A DNA stretch of 53,190 bases from an uncultured Alphaproteobacteria bacterium (lineage in GTDB: Bacteria; Pseudomonadota; Alphaproteobacteria; HIMB59; GCA-002718135). The position numbers were made by a program, and so were the translations under genes. Of this stretch, positions 51,997 to 53,190 are shown piece after piece; within the stretch, counting starts at the first letter, position 1; the number at the start of each line of letters is the position of its first letter. The stretch lies in the NCBI GenBank assembly GCA_902522015.1, contig CABYTX010000004.1, positions 1-53,190 of the forward strand, written 5' to 3'. Under the pieces are notes generated by a model. It made no database searches, was not told the DNA's origin, and was given only the letters and a program-made list of their open reading frames with translations.

Positions 51997-53144
51997 ACAT
52001 TAATATATTTGGAAGCACTGGAACTATAGGTGTTAAAACGTTAGAATTAATTGACGATAATTTTCCAAAATTGAGAGTAAACTTATTATGCGCTAAATCA
52101 AATTCAAACTTATTAATAAGACAGATTTCTAGATATAAACCCAAATATGCATTTCTATATGATCTGGATAAATTAGATAATTTTAAATCCAAAATAGGCA
52201 AAACTAAAATTCTAAATCTTAATGAGTTACTTAGTTACCTTAAATCTAGCAAATCAAATTTAAGTGTTTTAGCTATATCTGGCTACAAATCTTTATATTT
52301 TCTTGATAGTATAATTCAAAATACGGACAACTTAGGTATAGCTAGTAAAGAAGCGATAGTTTCTGCAGGACATATTTTTAAAAAAAAAAAATATTTTAAT
52401 AAAACAAATATTTTCCCACTTGATTCAGAGCACTTCTCAATTTTTGAATTTTTAAATAAAATAAAAATGAAAGAAAACATAAGTAAAATTACCCTAACTG
52501 CATCTGGGGGACCGTTTTACAAAATGAAATATAAAGATTTAAAAAATATTAGTTTTGCAAAAGCTATTAAACATCCAAAATGGAAAATGGGATATAAAAA
52601 TAGTATTGATTCAGCTACATTAGTTAATAAATGTCTAGAATTAATTGAAGCGCATTATTTATTTGATATTCCATTTAGTAAATTAGATATACTTATACAC
52701 CCTGAGGCTAAAGTTCACTCTATCATTGAATATGATAATTTTGTAACTCATTTTAACTTATTCAAAAATGATATGAAAATTCCCATTCTAAATTTTCTTC
52801 TTGAAAAAAAATCTAAAAAAATAAAAAAAAATCAAAATTTAAAAATTAGCACCATAGACTCTTTAAACTTTAAGAAGATAAAAGATGATATTTTTCCAAT
52901 ATATAGTTTTTTTGAAAAAATTAATAAAAAAATACCCCAAAACATAATTAAATTTAATATTGGAAATGAATATGCAGTAAATTTATTTAAAAATAAAAAA
53001 ATAAAATATACAGATATTTACAAAATAATCACAAAAGTAACATCTTTAAATTTGTATTCTTCAGTAAACAATATAAAAGATATAATAAATTATCATGAAG
53101 AAATTGAAGATAAATTACAAACGAATTCAATATATAATCTTTAG
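51993..53144 (+). CDS. dxr: 1-deoxy-D-xylulose 5-phosphate reductoisomerase
   Basis: GSTGTIG, ASKE, DSEH, TASGGPF, HPKWKMG, DSATLVNK.LE.IEA. Confidence 0.93.
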   Translation: MNINIFGSTGTIGVKTLELIDDNFPKLRVNLLCAKSNSNLLIRQISRYKPKYAFLYDLDKLDNFKSKIGKTKILNLNELLSYLKSSKSNLSVLAISGYKSLYFLDSIIQNTDNLGIASKEAIVSAGHIFKKKKYFNKTNIFPLDSEHFSIFEFLNKIKMKENISKITLTASGGPFYKMKYKDLKNISFAKAIKHPKWKMGYKNSIDSATLVNKCLELIEAHYLFDIPFSKLDILIHPEAKVHSIIEYDNFVTHFNLFKNDMKIPILNFLLEKKSKKIKKNQNLKISTIDSLNFKKIKDDIFPIYSFFEKINKKIPQNIIKFNIGNEYAVNLFKNKKIKYTDIYKIITKVTSLNLYSSVNNIKDIINYHEEIEDKLQTNSIYNL

Positions 53145-53190
53145 TCTGATTTTCATTTTAGTTTTTTCAAAAAATGTATATTCAAATGAT
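53095..53190 (+). CDS. Partial ORF running off the window; N-terminal signal peptide, possibly BamA
   Basis: MKKLKINYKRIQYIIFSLIFILVFSKNVYSND: basic n-region, hydrophobic core, V-Y-S cleavage-like site. Identity inferred from synteny only. Confidence 0.5.
   Translation, partial: MKKLKINYKRIQYIIFSLIFILVFSKNVYSND

Overview
Very AT-rich, densely packed core-chromosome segment of a streamlined marine-type alphaproteobacterium. It is SAR11-like in composition, but the G-1:C73 tRNA-His argues against Pelagibacter sensu stricto; HIMB59/AEGEAN-169-like is a plausible guess. Gene order: mntR divergent from a putative Mn transporter (with an MntR operator), DUF2256, murA-hisG-hisD-infA-yacG-tRNA-Phe, a mixed block (GT9, two orphan amino-acid ABC permeases, class II cytochrome c, iolE, GATase, glpK, parE), a nitrogen locus, tRNA-His/Leu, tig-clpP-clpX-lon-hup, tRNA-Val/Asp, nuoA-N, birA-coaX-rnj-DUF1467-proS-lolC/E-lolD-dnaE and rpsB-tsf-pyrH-frr-uppS-cdsA-dxr. 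No rRNA, CRISPR, integrase or transposase was seen. The standout is the nitrogen locus (14.1-17.3 kb, minus strand). An aminotransferase is translationally coupled to a PII whose T-loop is completely remodelled. Two tandem glutamine (glnA-motif) riboswitch aptamers and a terminator-like hairpin follow, then a glutamine synthetase with non-alphaproteobacterial signature motifs. Together these suggest RNA-based glutamine feedback in place of the usual GlnD/NtrBC control; that interpretation is inference.
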